From assembly GCF_009914755.1 (NCBI RefSeq), contig NC_060926.1: DNA of 64,000 nt. One strand, given 5' to 3'. Under the pieces are notes generated by a model. It did no database searches. It was not told where the DNA came from and worked only from the letters and a program-made list of their open reading frames with translations. Source of the stretch: the human T2T-CHM13v2.0 reference genome, Homo sapiens. Shown piece by piece: positions 60,191 through 64,000 of the stretch. A program made the translations under genes and the position numbers. Each line of letters opens with the position of its first letter. Position 1 is the first letter of the stretch.

Positions 60191-62239
60191 GGCTCACACA
60201 CGGCATACATGTGTGTGTTCCTGTCACTACCTCATAGATTTTCTTTTGAGTTACAACCCTTCCTCCACTTTCAGTCCATGTAACTCAGGTAGTAATGACA
60301 ATCCTTCTCCAGATTTAGGAGTGGGCATGTGGTATGTTGTAGATTTCCTGCACAGTTCAGCTCAGAGAAGGGCATTTGATGTAATTTCATCCAGTGAAAT
60401 TCAACCCCTAGACTAGATATATATGAAAGAGGTCCTTTCCTCTGCGATGGCTAAGCTGGTACTTTGTAAGCTTGGATCTTCCCATGACCTTTATCATCAC
60501 TTATGAGATCCTGCCCAGAAATGAAGGACTACAGAGGAAAACAGAAATAAAAAATGAAGAAAAACAGATTTCTGATGATGTCTTTCAAAAACATAGATTC
60601 AGCTGAAAGCGGCTGCTTCTAAAGTGTTAGTATTTATTTTCATGTAATCTGTAATAGAAATTGCCTTTACTAATTTATTCCTATTTTCTCCCTTGTTCCA
60701 TGTGTGTGTGTTTCAATTTCCACCTTTTGCCTATCTACACAGCACTGCTTTGAACTTTTTCCCGTTCTCCAGCTTCTTCTTAAATCCATCTTTCTAGACT
60801 CCAAAGGTATATTTGTACATATATGATCCCTCTTGAGCAACCTTATAAAAATTGTATGAGAAATAAATTTCACCCTAAGGAAAAAATTGATTTCAAAAAG
60901 ACTTTGATGATGGAGTAAAAAATACTATATTTGCAGCCGTACCAATACATCTGAGACTTTCAGGTAGAAAAACTTAATTGTTGTGATTTTAAATCTATGG
61001 ACCCTAAACCACAAAACTGCATGAAATTTTTACAGAATTACTTCAAACTACCATTTGTTTATACTTTGTACTACAGCTGTGTTTGTTAATCTACCATATA
61101 TTGAAGTAAAATGATAATAAGCTAAATCGGGCCACAAGACATTTGAGGCACAGAAATCTAAAAAAGCATGGAGCAAAGTAAGAATATTACCTTGGGGGTA
61201 ACAGATAAAAATTAAGTGTTAAAATAGGCATAGGACCTTGATGCCTTCTGGATTTTGAAGCTAATCGGCAACATTCACTAAGTGCCAGATAAATTGAAAT
61301 ATATATGCTAAGCTCTAGAATTTGATAACACCTTTAAATGTACTTTCCAACTCACTAAAAATGTATTTTTAAAATATGTAAACTACTGCAGTTTGGAATG
61401 AAAGAAGAATTCATTCATTTGAAGTGGCTTAAAAAAAAGTCTTAGCTCATGTTTATCAAACCTGACAAATACTAAGGAAAATTGTTAATTGTTAATGACT
61501 AGATTTTTTTTTAAAAAGGAACAAAGGATGAGAAAACAACAATCTAGTCCTGTTCATTTGAAACATATTTTAGCATTTTAAGACATAATTTTTTAAAATG
61601 CCAGTTATTTACTCTGCCAAGTACATGGAAAGTCATTAGTAGCTTCTTGTCAAAAAGTGTGTGTTCCTTAATAAGCAATTCCATTTGCAGATATTTGTTA
61701 GCAATTGTTTCACAAGCTTTCACCCTTTTGTATTCCATGCCACCCACATCATGGGGTTTCCCAAGGAACTGACAATGGCTACAGAAGTATTCCTCTACCC
61801 TCTCCTTCACCTTGTACCAAGCAGCTGATTTCAGCAACTGCTTGTGATCCCTGGCAGAGGTTAATCCATTCATGCTTTGGGACAGCTGGTTCCAGTGGCA
61901 AGTGTTTCCTTGGGCTGCTGGAAAAAGAACAGGCTCCAGAGGTCTTCTCGATTTTCAACAGCTGTACAGGAGCACAGAGGTCTGCCAGCTCCTGATTTAT
62001 AAGTCTGCCATTCAGAAAACTCAGTCGGAGCTGCAATTCAGTTCTTACCCATAGCATTGTCACCTGTTCTGACAATGGACAGTTGTCAGGAAATTCAGTC
62101 AGCAAATTCATAGAGAAAATGTGCTTGGTTTAATACTGTCCCTTTGGAAAACAATGACTTTGCTTACTAAGATTTCTGTGTAATTCAAAATGATGGGGAA
62201 GACTTATATACTAAATCTACCTCCGTACTCTAATGGTCC

Positions 62240-62408
62240 CCATCCTTGGCTGCTCATTTGAATCACTGAGAGCATGAGGAAATATGGATGCCCAAATCTC
62301 ATTCTCAGAGATTCTTACTTTGATGGCCTGGGAGGGCACCCTAGGCAACAGGATATTCAAAAGCTTCCCAAGTGATTATCATGGCCAGCCAAAGTTGAAA
62401 ACAATTGC
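62240..62408. mobile_element. MER5-type MITE
   Basis: 'gaatcactgagagc...cagagattcttact...aaaagcttcccaagtgatt...gccaaagttgaaaac'. Confidence 0.65.
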
Positions 62409-63449
62409 ATGAGTCCAACTTGCTCTCTGAAATTGTTTTCAGAACTACCCTCCTGTCTTCTCAATCGAATCCAGAACACACTTCTTTGTCTCACCTGAAC
62501 TTTAGTTTTACACCTGTTTGGTTCAGTCTCACACACTATTTTAAAATTGTCACCTGGCAGTTCTACAGTATTATGCCTTACTCTGCCCATTAGTGTTTCA
62601 ATTTCTAGCCGTGCTATGAAGACTTCACTTTTTTTTTTTGACAGCTGTCTGCAAGCTAATAATTTCTAAAATAAACAAAGTAAAGGATTATACTATAATT
62701 CAGTCTTAATTCCTTTTGTTCTTTCTCTCAGTCTTTCTCCTGTATGATTTTCCTGCCCATTGTGACTTGCCCTCTTTCAGGTGGAAGCCTTCCAGGAGAT
62801 GAGGAACTCAAACAAACACTGGCTTACACATTATATTCATTTTAAGCTAATCTACTTTGGTATATAATAATTCTCAGAAAAAAAGGGAAAGGCTTAAGTC
62901 ATTAAAAATGCTCTTCACTACAAGTATAACAGGGAAGATGATCCCTGAGGATGCCTCATGCTCACCTGTAATTTAGGAAAATGAAGCAATGAAAGAAAAT
63001 GTCTGTGATCTTAAAATATAAGTTTAATAAACAAATACATCTAGTAGTTAGGAGTTAATAAAAAGTAATTAGCAAGCAATGTTCTCTTCTTTACTTTTCA
63101 GTGCTCTCCTTGGGCCCTGAAAATAAAGTTATAAATAAATGAAACAGGAATGATTTTATTCTAACATCAGTTTGACCTCTCGTTGCTCAATCATCAACAG
63201 TGGCTTGTATTCCCTAAGAATGAGTCTTGGAAGATTTAATAGACACTATTCTCTGTATTGCCAAAGTGACATGTAGTTTACTCTAGAATGCTGGGAGCGT
63301 ATGCCTGTTTTCATCCTTACCCAGCAAAAAGGGGAAAAAAATGTAACAATAAGTGCTTTTAGTGTTGAAATTACTTAGATCATATTTTTACAAGTTTGTT
63401 TCACAATATCATTTAACACACTACTTCATTGTGCTTCTGTGGGTAGAGC

Positions 63450-63975
63450 CACAGAATCTCCAAAATAAGCATTCATTATATACTAGGCAAGCTTCACAAG
63501 AATGTCCCATCTTTATAATTCTAATAAAATCCTCATGAGGTAGGATAATTAAACATATCTTGCAGATAGATAAAGAAACTGAGGCTCAGAGATGTTAAAT
63601 AACTTGTGTACTGTCACTCAAAGGAAAGTGACCTAGCAGACATTCAAAGCTAGACCAACCTGAGCCCAAGTCATGAGAGATTTTCTGATTCAAGAATGAA
63701 ATCTTGGATTCCTCGTTTGAGGTGTTACACCAAAGTGCTACACCTTTGTGCTTAAGAGGTTGTACTTTGGAGACAAGACAGATGAGGATATGAATCCTGG
63801 GTTCACCAAATCATAGCCCTTATAAATCTCAGCTTTTTCATTTAAAGGATGAGACTCTTACTACCTGTCACATGGTAGCATTGAACACATTGTCAGGATT
63901 CAAAAGGCATGTGAATAAAACACTCAGCTTGGGCTGGCAAAGGGTAAATATTAAATGATAATAGTGTTATTATTT
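63450..63975. mobile_element. Two MIR fragments in opposite orientations
   Basis: 'gaaactgaggctcagagatgttaaataacttg' near 63575 and 'tctcagctttttcatttaaaggatgag' near 63830. Confidence 0.7.
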
Positions 63976-64000
63976 TTGATGTTAGCATTTGGTGTGTAGA

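Noticed and set aside
61544-62111. Overlapping 60-110 aa ORFs as a coding exon
   Set aside because: Open on both strands with no recognisable homology or convincing splice pair; better explained by local base composition

Overview
This is eukaryotic, not prokaryotic, DNA: a repeat-dense, AT-rich, CpG-poor stretch of catarrhine primate genome, most likely human, judged from Alu, L1PA, THE1, HERV-W and HERV-K LTRs. I found no intact cellular protein-coding gene, RNA gene or CRISPR array. Every recognisable ORF is a decayed L1 ORF2, ERV gag/pol/env, Alu or low-complexity artefact. The largest structure is a nested retroelement stack at ~46.8-55.2 kb: an Alu-monomer tail contains an MLT2A1 LTR, which contains a two-LTR HERV-W (HERV17/LTR17) provirus, which contains an L1PA insertion and a HERV-K14C-type solo LTR. 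The provirus has a tRNA-Ile rather than tRNA-Trp primer site and microhomology-bounded deletions. Other structures are an ancient two-LTR ERVL element (~38.1-44.7 kb) invaded by THE1 and Alu, a twin-primed L1PA3-like insertion, a 4.5-kb old L1PA whose 3'UTR carries a ~280-bp copy of DNA from 4.7 kb downstream, a 121-bp local direct repeat, two perfect hairpins, a pure T64 tract and candidate regulatory or lncRNA segments. I do not see evidence for a wholly new biological system. Repeat subfamily names come from recalled consensus sequences and need RepeatMasker/Dfam confirmation. Boundaries of old repeats are approximate.
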